From contig JAVECO010000017.1 in assembly GCA_051942205.1 (NCBI GenBank), forward strand, positions 124,001 to 188,000: 64,000 nt of DNA. Direction: 5' to 3'. Both the position numbers and the translations under genes were made by a program. The notes beneath the pieces were generated by a model, which saw only the letters and a program-made list of their open reading frames with translations, was not told the origin of the DNA and did no database searches. The first letter of the stretch is position 1; the number at the start of each line of letters is the position of its first letter. The DNA is from Coniocarpon cinnabarinum (lineage: Eukaryota). This document shows, in pieces, positions 47,976 through 59,416 of this stretch.

Positions 47976-48907
47976 ATGACACCTCCAAATCTGGCATCCC
48001 CACCGGCTGGGGAAGCACCTGAGACCAATGGCCCACCTACGCCGGTTTCGGGAATCCTCGGGAAAGCTGAGGCAGAGGAGAAATGGGTTCCAGGTAGGCG
48101 CAAACCTCCGTTGGGGCTGCAAGCCCAGTCGTCCATCTCGTTCTGTTTGCTTTAGTGTCGGTGCGACATAAACTGATTCCGTCTTACCTAGCTATCGTCC
48201 TTGACCAAATCCCAATCTCTAGCCGTCCCCAAGGGCATACAAAGTCTCCAATACCCTTCTTCCATATCTTGGAGCGATTGAAGACCACCAAGCGCGAGGG
48301 CTGGCGCCGCTTTGGCATCGCGCACGGCGAGTCAATATCAGACCATATGTATCGGATGTCAATCATGACAATGTTTGCGCCTCCATCTTTGAAGTCGCGC
48401 GTCGACATGCAAAAGTGTATGAAGATGGCATTGGTCCATGACATGGCGGAGTTGCTAGTTGGGGACATCACGCCGGCCGACGGCGTTCTCAAGCCCGAGA
48501 AATCACGCCGTGAGTCCATCACCATGGACTATCTCTGCGAAGAGTTGCTTGGGAATGTCGATGGTGGTGCGCAAGGTCGAGAGTTACGGGAGGCATGGCA
48601 AGAATATGAAGACAGTCAAACATTGGAAAGCAAGTTCGTCCATGACATTGACAAGGTGGAGCTGTTGCTACAGATGGTGGACTATGAACGCAGCAAAGAC
48701 GGAAAGGTTGACCTTGGCGAGTTCACCTATGTGGCAACTCGTCTTCTATTGCCAGAAGTTAAACAGTGGTCAGAGCAGATACTGGCGGAAAGAGACGAGT
48801 ACTGGCAGAGCTTGGGGATGTTGCCACCACACGAACAATTGAGCTCCAAGAATATTGCTCTCCAGGACGAATACTATGGAAGTCCGGCGGTCAATGGAAG
48901 GCGTTGA
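47976..48907 (+). CDS. HD-domain 5'-deoxynucleotidase (HDDC2/Ygk1-like); intron 48094-48191
   Basis: LKTTKREGW, ESISDHMYRM, ALVHDMAE...GDITP and FVHDIDKVE motifs; the first exon splices in frame. Confidence 0.9.
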
Positions 48908-49497
48908 GCGACTGCTGCCGTACAAATGTGAGCGAGGCAGCTTCTCGCTTGGTTCAGATGATAGATGATCGACCATTAGCATTGGCGTTGGTGGCATAGA
49001 GATATACCCCAAAACAGACAATGGGATACCATGTGACTTCATCTGGTCAAGTAGAAGAGCTTGCCACCTTGATACAATTATTGCATTCTGCGCTGGGTAT
49101 ATCTATCCTCGTCAAGACCCGTTCAACGAAATTCACACTAGGCAGAAAATTAGCATGGATCGACCGTGTGCCTGGAACCTGCCGATCCTCCAGCTGCACA
49201 TGCGGCGAAACATCCTCGCGTGACAAGCACTTCCAGGCGAATCCTTGCCATTACTCCTAGCCACATTGCATTTCGTATGCTTCATCGCTCTCCAACATTC
49301 CTAGCATAAGTTTGAACGGTCATGTAAGCTTCTCGGATGCGATTTGCCACAAATGCCATACATTGGCTTGTATGCACTACCACTGGCTTGCCGCTGGTCC
49401 AACGACAATTAATGATTAATGCCTTGCTACACTGCAGCAAGAAGCTGTGGCCAAGCATGAGGCTCATAAAACGTCTATTTGAAAGCGCTCACACGAG

Positions 49498-50490
49498 ATG
49501 AGAAAGAGTAGGAGTGTAAGCATAAGAGAGATGGAGAACGAAAGACAAGGGCAAGAAACCCAACAGCATGCTCAAGACGATAGCACCGCGGACGTAGCGT
49601 GCCCACCTGCACCGAATCCTTCCGCAGACCCGGGCGTCGTTCCTCAGATCAACGCTCGGCAAGATGTCACCGCTGACAATCCCATACCAGACGCCGATTT
49701 CGAGGTGGATTCGCTGCAGCCGGTGGTGGCGCTTAAGATACTTGCTCGTGGCGTGCAAGTCCTCTCAGACATGACAGGAGATGTTCCAGCTACACCGCCC
49801 ATTTCTAGGTCAAGCAGTCCACAGCTCATTGAACCACGGCCAATGCACAGGCGCACAGGATCCCGCCCAACGACTCCACCCTCGCGAGTTTCCTCTGCAG
49901 ACATGGTTCCTACAACGATGAAGGACATGCCCATTGGCAGTCCAGAGGCACAACCCTGCGAACCTGAACAGATTGATCACAAGACGGCACTGAGGGTCCA
50001 GCATGATGCCATCTCCAGAAAATTCTTTTCAAAGAAGCCCCCACCTGTATCAATTCATGATTACTTGTTACGGCTACAAAGATTCTGTCCAATGTCAACA
50101 GCTGTCTATTTGGCTGCCTGTGCGTACATCCATCAGCTGGCTGTCATCGAAAAGGCGGTGCCAGTCACGCCGCGAACCTCGCATCGACTAGTCCTGTCAG
50201 CCCTCCGCGTCGGTATGAAGGTTCTCGAGGACCTCAACTATCCCCATTCGCGCTTCGCAGGGGTGGGGGGGGTTAGCGAAAAAGAGCTTGCCAAGCTGGA
50301 GGTCTCCCTCTGTTACGTTCTTAATTTTGATCTCAGAGTAGGGGAGGAGCTGTTGCATGATAGGGCACGAGCGTTCCAGCAGCTCGCGCTGGCGACTCCT
50401 AAACTCACAGCTGCAACAATGTCTCTGAAACTACCGTCGGGGACGCGCCTACCTAGGCAGCCGGTTCCATTTCCAGCTCCAGCAGGATGA
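49498..50490 (+). CDS. Pho80/Pcl6-Pcl7-family cyclin (start could be 49531)
   Basis: FFSKKPPPVSIHDYLLRLQRFCP, HRLVLSALRVGMKVLEDLNY..SRFAGVGGVSEKEL.KLE. Confidence 0.9.
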   Translation: MRKSRSVSIREMENERQGQETQQHAQDDSTADVACPPAPNPSADPGVVPQINARQDVTADNPIPDADFEVDSLQPVVALKILARGVQVLSDMTGDVPATPPISRSSSPQLIEPRPMHRRTGSRPTTPPSRVSSADMVPTTMKDMPIGSPEAQPCEPEQIDHKTALRVQHDAISRKFFSKKPPPVSIHDYLLRLQRFCPMSTAVYLAACAYIHQLAVIEKAVPVTPRTSHRLVLSALRVGMKVLEDLNYPHSRFAGVGGVSEKELAKLEVSLCYVLNFDLRVGEELLHDRARAFQQLALATPKLTAATMSLKLPSGTRLPRQPVPFPAPAG

Positions 50491-51168
50491 AAGACGATGG
50501 AATACTCGTGCCGACTGGATCGCCATTGTATGAGTACCACATGTACACGTATCGTCTGGCACGGGTCTGTATTATTGGAGTGCTTCTGGAAAGCACCAAA
50601 ATAGGTTTGAGGGCTTGTCCAAACCGGTGAATGCCACATATCGGCTTCGGCTTGTTCTCACGAAGATCGGCCTAGCTGATGTGTGGAGCCATGGCAGGAG
50701 TTGTTGAATAGGTTTCTGTACAGATTCTGCTGTACATTCGGCAATGTTTAAAGAGAAGGATTTTATGCAAACGCCGCCAGGTTGGCATGTCGTGACGGTT
50801 GCTGTTGTATAGTAGAAAACGCTGTAGTTTTTCCATCCCACAAGAACATTTCTGCGTCACGCAAAGGTCGTACGACGAAGATCGAGATTTTGTCAGTGCA
50901 CATAATCGCTGATCAGGCCCTGCGAGGATCCGGGACAAAGCTCGTTACCGTATCCCAGTCTGAGCCATGAGCTTGTGCGATGGGACTAGTCCGGGTCATA
51001 GAGCTATAAGCTCGATGACGGAAGCCCTTTGAAACTCACTACGTGCTGAATTACAGTACGCAGGGTACATTAGTCGCAAGTCCTTGCCGCGAGAAGATAG
51101 TGTGATCGATATATTACACATTACAAATTTGCCACTCGTCGAGCACTCCTTGAAAGGGGTGATCTATC

Positions 51169-51260
51169 GGACGCGTGTTCTAGCGGTATGATTTCTCCTT
51201 CACAAGCCTATCGCTGTGAAAGCCCGGAGAAGGTCCCGAGTTCGATCCTCGGCGTGTCCT
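51169..51260 (+). tRNA. tRNA-Val(CAC) with a 20-nt intron
   Basis: Acceptor stem GGACGCG/CGTGTCC, anticodon stem TCTCC/GGAGA, loop TT-CAC-A[intron]C, T arm CCGAG-TTCGATC-CTCGG. The intron contains TGTGAA, complementary to TTCACA. Confidence 0.88.
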
Positions 51261-51537
51261 TGTTTGACGTCGTTGTCGCCGTTAGAGACTTTTTCTTTTG
51301 CTCAATGCTAGACAGCGTTTTTTATTGAACTTTTGGTGGTGAAAAAGTGGATTTCTATGGGTCAAATAGGTAGGTAGAGGTGACGCACATGAGCAGGTGC
51401 GCTTACAAATGTAGAAAATGATTCGGAAATATCAAATACATCTAACTTCTTGAACCTCGTGAAACTTGCTTCACTGCTTCAAACAAGCATCTCGCCCCTC
51501 TCTTAGAACGATCATCGGATCTATAGACTGCTTTACA

Positions 51538-51924
51538 ATGAACAACGCCCTTCGCTCGCTCCGACTCCCGTCCACTAGCCTCCGCATCCCTTACAATGCT
51601 CCCACGAACTATCATCCTATCCACCCGCTTCTCCGCCATTTGACCACTACTCGAACTCTCAGGATCGAAGCTCCACCCTATCTCAACGACGCCGAACGCC
51701 AAATCTTCGACAAGCTCTCTCAATCCCTCAAACCGAGTCGACTCGACGTCCAAGACATCTCGGGCGGATGCGGAAGCATGTACGGGCTTGACATCGAGAG
51801 TGAGATGTTTAAGGGTCTGAGCGTGGTCAAGCAGCATAAGATGGTGAATGAGATCCTGAAGGAGGATGTCAAGGAGTGGCATGGGGTGCAGGTGAAGACA
51901 AGGGTGCCGCAGGGTGGGGAATGA
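51538..51924 (+). CDS. Mitochondrial BolA-family protein (Bol3/Aim1-like)
   Basis: Arg/Ser-rich presequence followed by LDVQDISGGCGSMY...FKGLSVVKQHKMVNEILKEDVKEWHGVQVKT. Confidence 0.92.
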   Translation: MNNALRSLRLPSTSLRIPYNAPTNYHPIHPLLRHLTTTRTLRIEAPPYLNDAERQIFDKLSQSLKPSRLDVQDISGGCGSMYGLDIESEMFKGLSVVKQHKMVNEILKEDVKEWHGVQVKTRVPQGGE

Positions 51925-52284
51925 GCGGCATCGCTAGAGGAGCACTCTTGTGCAGGACAGCATCATTTTCGATTGAGGTAGCTTGGCTGTTGGCGAGCTT
52001 CATGACACGCAAGATGAGGGGCTTTGTTGGACGGTGATTCGGATGCCGGGATCTACGAAGATGCTCGAGAGACGTGAAGATATATGTGGAACTGCTTTGG
52101 CGGTCGACAAGCGTGTATGGTCAATTTCTGCAGGAGTGTTTGAAGAGTAAAGGATTGTTCATCAAGCGAGGGTTTGAACATTAAAAGCTATTTACACCAA
52201 TGCTCACATCAACACATCGAACGATGATGGAGCGACCAAGCGCGTTGAATACTCCGGAGCAAGTTCAAGGATTCAAGAAGTGCC

Positions 52285-55200
52285 TCACACATTCCGCGGT
52301 CCTTTCAGCTCTACGCCCTCCACCCACACGTCAATACACTTCGTCCGATCCTCGCCAACAACCTCAAGGTTAATTTCAAACGCTGCATCACGTTCAGAAA
52401 GGCTCTCCAGCATCTGAACTCGCTCCTCGGAGCCTTGTTCGATTTCCGCCGTCGACCGGCCTAGTGATTTTTGGAGCTCGGCTACGCGCTTGGAGGCTTC
52501 GTGATTGGCCATGTCCTTAGCAGTGTAGACAGCGGGAAGAGTGGACTTTGTGGTCGAGACGATTCGGCGGTTGGTCATAATGGACGAGGCCATGGAGATT
52601 GAGTCACCGGTTGGTGGTGGTGTGGGTGGAAGTGGAAGTGAGAAGGAGCTGGGCAGGCGCTTCTCAGCAGTCTGGGGTCGTGGATATTTGCCAGAGGGCA
52701 GACGTTTTTGGCTGATCTCTGAATGTGCAGTCGGCTTGTCAGCGTATTCACCATTGGCCTCGGCTGCTTCGAATAAAGCGTCCACGTCTACGCCATCCCA
52801 GCCGTCACCCGCATGCTCATCAACATCTGCTGCGCCGTTGCCGGTGTTGTGTGCGTTTTCATAGATGATGATTCTCTCAACAATCACATAGCATGTCCTC
52901 GAGACCCACCCGTCTTTGCTAGTGGGCAAAACGTTGTCCAGGAAGTTTCTCAGTCCCCGTTCTACGACGACTTGCACCTTTTTGTTTTCTTGCTTGCATA
53001 CGCCTTCCCAACATGCTCGGCCGTCGATCATTTGGAAAGCGTGCGAGTCAAATGGAAACCGGGTCTGCTGCGCTCTGAACGCTTCTGCTGCAGCATCGTT
53101 TGCTGCGAATAAGTCTGACGTTGCGTCAGATGTAGCAACAGGCTCCGCGTCTTCATAACTCTCTTCCATGTCCAGCTGAGCAGTTCGTAAAACAGCTTGA
53201 TACACAAAATGCAATTTGTCTCTCTCCTGAGTGGGACTCGTGTCTCTGTGACTCTGTGATTGCATTGACGATGCGTGCTCGGGCTCAGGCGATGCGGATG
53301 GAGATGGTGAAGGCGAACATGGGTCAGACTGCAGGATCTTTGCCCAGAGCTCTGCACTGATAGTTTTGCCAGCGGTCGTGCGATGGCCACCCACATTGAG
53401 GTTCGAACCCTTGAACTTCTGAGGCTTGTTGGGTCTTGCGTTGCCCCGCTCATCGAATATGAAGTCTTCAACGGGACTTGACGGCCGAGCTACCACCTCT
53501 TTAAGAGGAGCAACGGCTACACCTTGACCAGGGAGAAGATACTCATTGACCGTCGTGATGAGTCTGGTGTACCGATGCCTTAGAGCATCCTCACGCATCT
53601 GCCTGCCTGTTCGCGTCTCCCACTCTTTCTGAACTTCTTTCCATGCAAGGCCTGTTGAGCGTAGCCGCATCAGAAGGAGGTCATCTGGAATGATTGTAGC
53701 CGGATTGACAGCGGCGAACTTGTGCTTCTTGACATCTGGTGGCCGCTGTCGTTCTTTCTGACGGAATGACTGCTCGTACAGCGCCTGGAGCTTGACGTTG
53801 ATGTTTGTGTCTGATGACGGCGAGTTCCAAGATGCTTGATGAAAAGGGTCTTCATTGTACCCTTGCTGTGGTGTGCTCGGTTGGTAGAGCGATTGATCGC
53901 TGTTAACAGGTGGAACCAAAGATGAAGGCTGAGGCGGTGATGTTTTCTGCGCTGCACCTATCAAAGGCGGCTGGCATTGCGGACTCGAAACAGCAGCCGC
54001 ATTTTCAGCTTGCGCAGGTGGGACAGGCCCCAGATCTGGCTTAGATTCCTCCAAAGCCTGGTTCAATTCTTTGCCCACACGGTCAGCACCGAACGGACGC
54101 TCGACTTTGTTTCTCGTTGTAGACTTTGCATTTTTGGCGCGCTGCTCTAGTGACTGAACAGCACTCTTCTGTTGCGCGGGAGGTTTGGCTGTCTGGGAAG
54201 TCTTTGGCGCAGATGGTCTCTGACGGGCACGCGCTGGCTTGCTCGCCTTCTCGTTCCGTTTCTCAAGCCGAACTCTCTCCCTCTCCTGCTCCTTGAGCTC
54301 AGCAGCCTTGTGACGCTCTCGTTCCTTAAGTTCGACCTCGCGCTTGAAGTCGGCCAAATGATCCCAGCCCTCAAGCACCTCAGGATCATCAAGCCCGATA
54401 CTCCCCTTCTTCACCTGATTGAACTCGTGATCTTCATTGCGTTCGGGCTCTTTGGGCCCAACCTTGCGCTGATAGTCCGCCGCGTTTCTCCAAACCTCGT
54501 TTACCTCTAGGTCAACGCCACTGTCTTCGCGTTGCGATGACTTTGGTCTTGAGAGCGATCGCGAGTGCAAGGGTTGTTTCGTTGTCGTGGGTTCTTTCTG
54601 CTGAGGTTTAAGTTCTGCCAAGTAATCCTGGTGTTTTTTGCTGAACAAGCCGCTCGGTGTGGCGTGAAGTTGGCTTGACAATCCTCTCGTGTCTGATAAT
54701 GCAGGAGTTCGAGGCGTTTGCCATAAACCGGGTTGTACAGTGCTACTGGACATAGTTGCATTAGTTCTTTCTGGCAATGCAGGAGCTGGCGGCATGTATT
54801 GAACATCCGGTTCCGTCTCGAGCTTGGACGTATCAAAAAATGCCACTTGGGATGATTGCTGATGCGATGGTGCTGACGTATCCCTGTTGTTCACATTTCT
54901 CACACACTGTTCTCTCCGCGATTCGCTAGCATTCGGCGCTGACGCTGGCGGTGGCGCTGTGTCAGGCACAGTGCACGGCTCCGATACAGCTTCTGTTGCG
55001 GTGGACTTGTGTAGTGAGTTTGCGCCGGGCGAGACGCATGCAGACTCCTGATGTAAGTTGGGCAGTCCAGGCTGATAATCAGCTTTCTTGTCAGTGTGCT
55101 TATCTTGCAATGGACCTTCGTTGTTGTCGAACTCTATCAGACTTATGCTGCAGTCACGGTGCTTCGAAGTATGCTGCTTGTCAACGTCACCCACAGCTTC

Positions 55201-57783
55201 ATCTTCGCTTAGTCCAGAAGCTACACTACTATCAATGCTGATGACGCTTTTATCTGCAAGCGTCTGCGAGAAAGGACTAGAAGACAAGGCAGAAGACGAA
55301 CCATATTCGTAGTGCCAGCTTTTGCCGTCCAGAAATTGTGAAAGGTCTTCCGGCAGAAACCTCGAGCCAAGCTCCAGACCGCTGTCAAGGTGGGTCCTGG
55401 TGGCTTGCATCGATTTGCTACTATTCGTCGACCCGAAGAGATACTGGAAATCGACACTCCGATCATCTTGTTGAGACGGCGTCTCCAGCAGTGATGAGTA
55501 CGTGGCGTCGAGTGCGGATGGCGACCTGGTCGGCTTCAGGTTTGATTCGTATCTTAGATTATTTGGCAGGCAAGGGGTAGACTCTGTATGTGTTTTACAA
55601 TTGGTGGCGACTTCAGGGGCGTCCAGATCAGCAGATGGCACAGCGGTCTTCTTTGGGCTTGATTTGGAAGGAAATGGACTCTTTTCATGACTTCTGCGAC
55701 ACAGCTTCGCCGCGATGTCAATTTGCTCATGATTTTCCTCTACCATGGCATTGTTGAGCTCAGTCTTTGGCGTATGGATCTTGGGAGTATCATCAAGAAT
55801 TATGGTGTCTTGCGGCCCATGCGATATGTTCTCACTATTTTCAACTGTAGTTTCGACACAGTCGGACTCTTCGAAACCTGGAAAAATTTGTCGGGATTGG
55901 GGGAACTCATTCGTGGCTTCATCCGGCCCATTCAGAGCAACAAGATTGCTGCCTTGCCGATCTGGTGAAGAAGCACGATTTCCTAAGAAGCACTGATCCA
56001 GTGAATTCATCTCTACTTTGTCTGCGTCACTATTGGTCTTGGAGAAGCGACGGGCCAAAGCAGAGGTTGATGAAGACTCTGCATAGGTTGAGGGATGGAG
56101 TGGTCCAAGTTTCCCATTTTGAATCGGGTTTGTAAAGCTCGTGACAGGTTTGACGAAGTTACTGCTGACATGGCCTTGCACTTGAGATTCATCGGGACAG
56201 GAGGATCTTGGCCGCTTCTCGATGGTGGCTGTATATTGACGCTTTGCAGGACTCTGAATCACAAGTCAGTACATCAACCGCAACAAGATTGTGGCATCAA
56301 CGTCATGAAGAGAGCAAGGAGAACCGACTTACTTTTCTCGCTGAATACTGCTTCAGCTTCAACGTGTCAGCTGGTGATGCAAGCTGCTGTGGCTCTAGCA
56401 CGTTGCGAATAAAATTACTACCACCATTAATGCCATTCGCACTTCCAAAAGCACCGAATGTACGGGTGTCCGATTTGCTGCCCTTTTGGCGTCGATCAAG
56501 CAATGCGGTGTTCCAAGGAGGCGTGGATGCCAAGGTTTTCATTGGCGACGATTGTTGCGGGAGTCTGCGCTTGGGGTGATCATGAACATCTTGGCTAAGA
56601 TCACAAGTCTTCGTCTTCAATACGGCTGGAACGGGGCTCTCATGGTGTTCGACCGACTGGCTAAACAAATAGGGACTTGATCGCCTTGTTGCTAATTGAT
56701 GTGTAGGCGTATTGGTCTTCGTGGGTTTCTGATAAAAGAGGCGATTGAGATGGGTCGCCGATAAATGCTGGAGTTCTTCGTGCTCACGGTCATGGTGCTG
56801 ATGGCGTTCAATTTTTGATCTTTTTGCGGGACCATGACCAAACCCTTCATTCCGAGTAGAACCGTGCGACAAGTGGCTATTGCTAAGCTTGTGTTTGCCC
56901 AGCGCACTTGAAACGGGAGGGGGCATGCTGTGCTGCGCGCTCAGGACAGAACTATTTCCAAAGGACTTATGAGATGCAGGAGATCCGGAATAGTTGCTGC
57001 CTGCCCAAGCCGACTGGAAGTCTCTAGCAGAGCCAGAGCGCAATCTGCAATGGTGCGCGCGATGATTGGCCTCAGGCGTATTGTGAAAAGGCCTGTGAAC
57101 GTGAGGAAAATATTTCGAATTCTGATGAGTGGAGCCAGGATGAATCAGAGGAGCGGAGATGCAAGTGTGCTCGTGACAAGCTTGTTGGCCTGGCAGCGAG
57201 ACTTCCCATGGATCGCAATGATAAAGGTGAGAGGCACGAAGATGAGCCGGCGGAGGCGCGCCACTGCAGGCTGCACAGTTGCATGGCTTGTAGCAAGCGT
57301 TGGAGTTTTGGAAACCATCGTTCCGTGGGTCGTAACCATTTGAATGTTCAAGATGAGGTGAGCGTGCAAAGTGTGGATAATTGACATGCAGGTGAGAACC
57401 AGAAAACGGGTAGATTGGAACGACTGGAGGGCCCCAGCGATGCTGGATTTGATTGAATTCAGATATTGGCTGTTCTTCGCGAGCCGCTCCTAATCGCTTG
57501 GACTGCACAGCATTGACAGCATCGAGATGATCCTCATTACAATGAGATATGTTCACGAAAGGGGAGACTGGATGAGAGGCCAGACGCTCTTGAGGCTGTG
57601 CTACTCCATCCTCAACTCTACGCTCTTGAGAACATGGAGCGTCTGGTCTCGACCTTGACATACTGCGCGAGTTGCGCCCGACGCTGGGCTCGTTAGCAGG
57701 TTTCACTGCGTCTGAAGCACAAGGCTCTGTGCAAAGGCTTCGGCTTGCCATCAGACTTATAGGAAACATATACCGGCCATCAT
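52285..57783 (-). CDS. Large (about 1800 aa), mostly low-complexity protein with a Myb/SANT-like domain; introns 56254-56332 and probably 57727-57773
   Basis: ORFs 56303-57769 and 52285-56262 join in phase through GTAAGT...CTGAC...CAG. Myb-like segment DDLLLMRLRSTGLAWKEVQKEWETRTGRQMREDALRHRYTRL. The start codon is uncertain. Confidence 0.75.
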
Positions 57784-58480
57784 ATCCTCTTGAAATGATA
57801 TCTCACTGTGAGAAGGGAATCACGCAAGATGCACAATGAAACGGGAAGACATCTCGAGTGTTAGCACAAGAGGACGGAAATGCGGGGCAATGGCATAAAT
57901 AAGTGGCTAGTTGCATGTTGAGTGACGCGAGCAACGATCTGGAATAACGATGATCATCAGCGCCCCTGATATGTGGGCCATTTCATCCAAGACGCTAGGA
58001 TTTGTCGGCGTGAAGGCGTCCTTCATCAAGTACTACACGCGTTCAAACGGCGGGCTGCAAAAAAGCGGCTTTTGTGAAGCTGATCTGATACTGCCCAAAG
58101 CTCAGACAAGGAACGGAGCAATCGACGTCGTATTGTGGATAGCTTCGACCCGCGGACGTTTTGTTGGCCCCGCAGCGGGTACCAGAAGGAACGAAAGACA
58201 ATCATGCGCTGAGTGGGCGGAAGGCCAAAAAGTCGGCGACTTGATTATGTTTGACACTGAGCCTTAGCCTGTAATCCAGGAGGCAGAGATGATCGGGACG
58301 GTAAACTTTAAATGAGATATCGTGAATGTCATCCAAGCCGGTAATTGAGACTGCATGTCAGATTTGACATTTTTCGAATTTGCTGTGACAATATGTCCCA
58401 GAAAGCATACCTGGCGACAGGCGCGATCTATGCTAAGTAGTTATACAAGTGGAGCAGAGAGGGCAAAGAAATTCGTGAGA

Positions 58481-59204
58481 TCAAAACAGCGCTTTTCGGG
58501 CAATCTATCAACAGTTAGCAAGAGCTGATCCCAATGTGCAGTGATTTGAAACATACAGTCCAAGCTCCAGCCGCAGTTGCCACCATAGCACCGGACGTAA
58601 GCATTGGTCGAAGGCCTTTGGTACTCTTGAAGAGCATGCCGCTCAGACCTCCAGCAGCTAGACTGTTCGTTGCATCATGTTTCCCTCTGTAATATCCTAG
58701 TGTGGAATTGAAACCATTATACACCATGGCGATGACGCCAGCGGAGTTGCCCAGAAAAGGTCCTCTTCTTGTGACAGCATTGAGGACGGAGTTCAGTCTT
58801 AACTTGGGAGGAGCGGCGGCTGGCGTTTTTGATAGCCCTTCTGCGAGTCCCCAAGCCCCACCTATTGATAGCGCAGAGAGATATGTGACGCCTGTTCCGT
58901 AGCAGAGATCGTCCGACCAGCCCCGTGATGGCAGGGCGGATCGGCCGCCAGGGAGGTCTGAGAGCTGGGTTTCTTCGAGAGATAGGTAATCTAGTGTGTC
59001 TTTGTCCAAGCCTGCCAAAGGGTGTAGAGCAGCAGGGTCGTATGTTTGCGTGCCGAGGAAAGAATTTACATCTTGTATGCTGGCAGGATCTAGAACAGGA
59101 GAGGAGTAATCGTCATCGGGGGGAGGTTGCGAGATGTTCTGAGACTGAGGCTTGGATTGCGATTTGGAGGACGATCGGCCAGTGAGAGTGTCTAAGAGAG
59201 TCAT
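58481..59204 (-). CDS. TIM23: Mitochondrial inner membrane translocase Tim23; intron 58505-58556
   Basis: LPSRGWSDDLCYGTG, KLRLNSVLNAVTRRGPFLGNSAG and RGKHD motifs; final exon IARKALF. Confidence 0.95.
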
Positions 59205-59416
59205 GTCGTTGACGAGCTTTAACAAAGCCTGTTTTCAGCGTATTCGCAAAGATATGTCATTCGGCGCGAAACGCATGACATGCGAATTAAAATCAGATAA
59301 GGTTTTGAAGAGTCACGTGACGAGTGTTCCAGCCTTGGCGATCTAAATATCGCGTTAACACTAGGTGCGCAATACTACTAATTTTGCAGTTCTAAACAGG
59401 TGTGTCTTCACTGGCA

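Noticed and set aside
51169..51260. Reading the tRNA as a UCA (opal suppressor or Sec) anticodon
   Set aside because: That register puts a pyrimidine at position 37, and there is no long variable arm. The CAC register gives a canonical loop.
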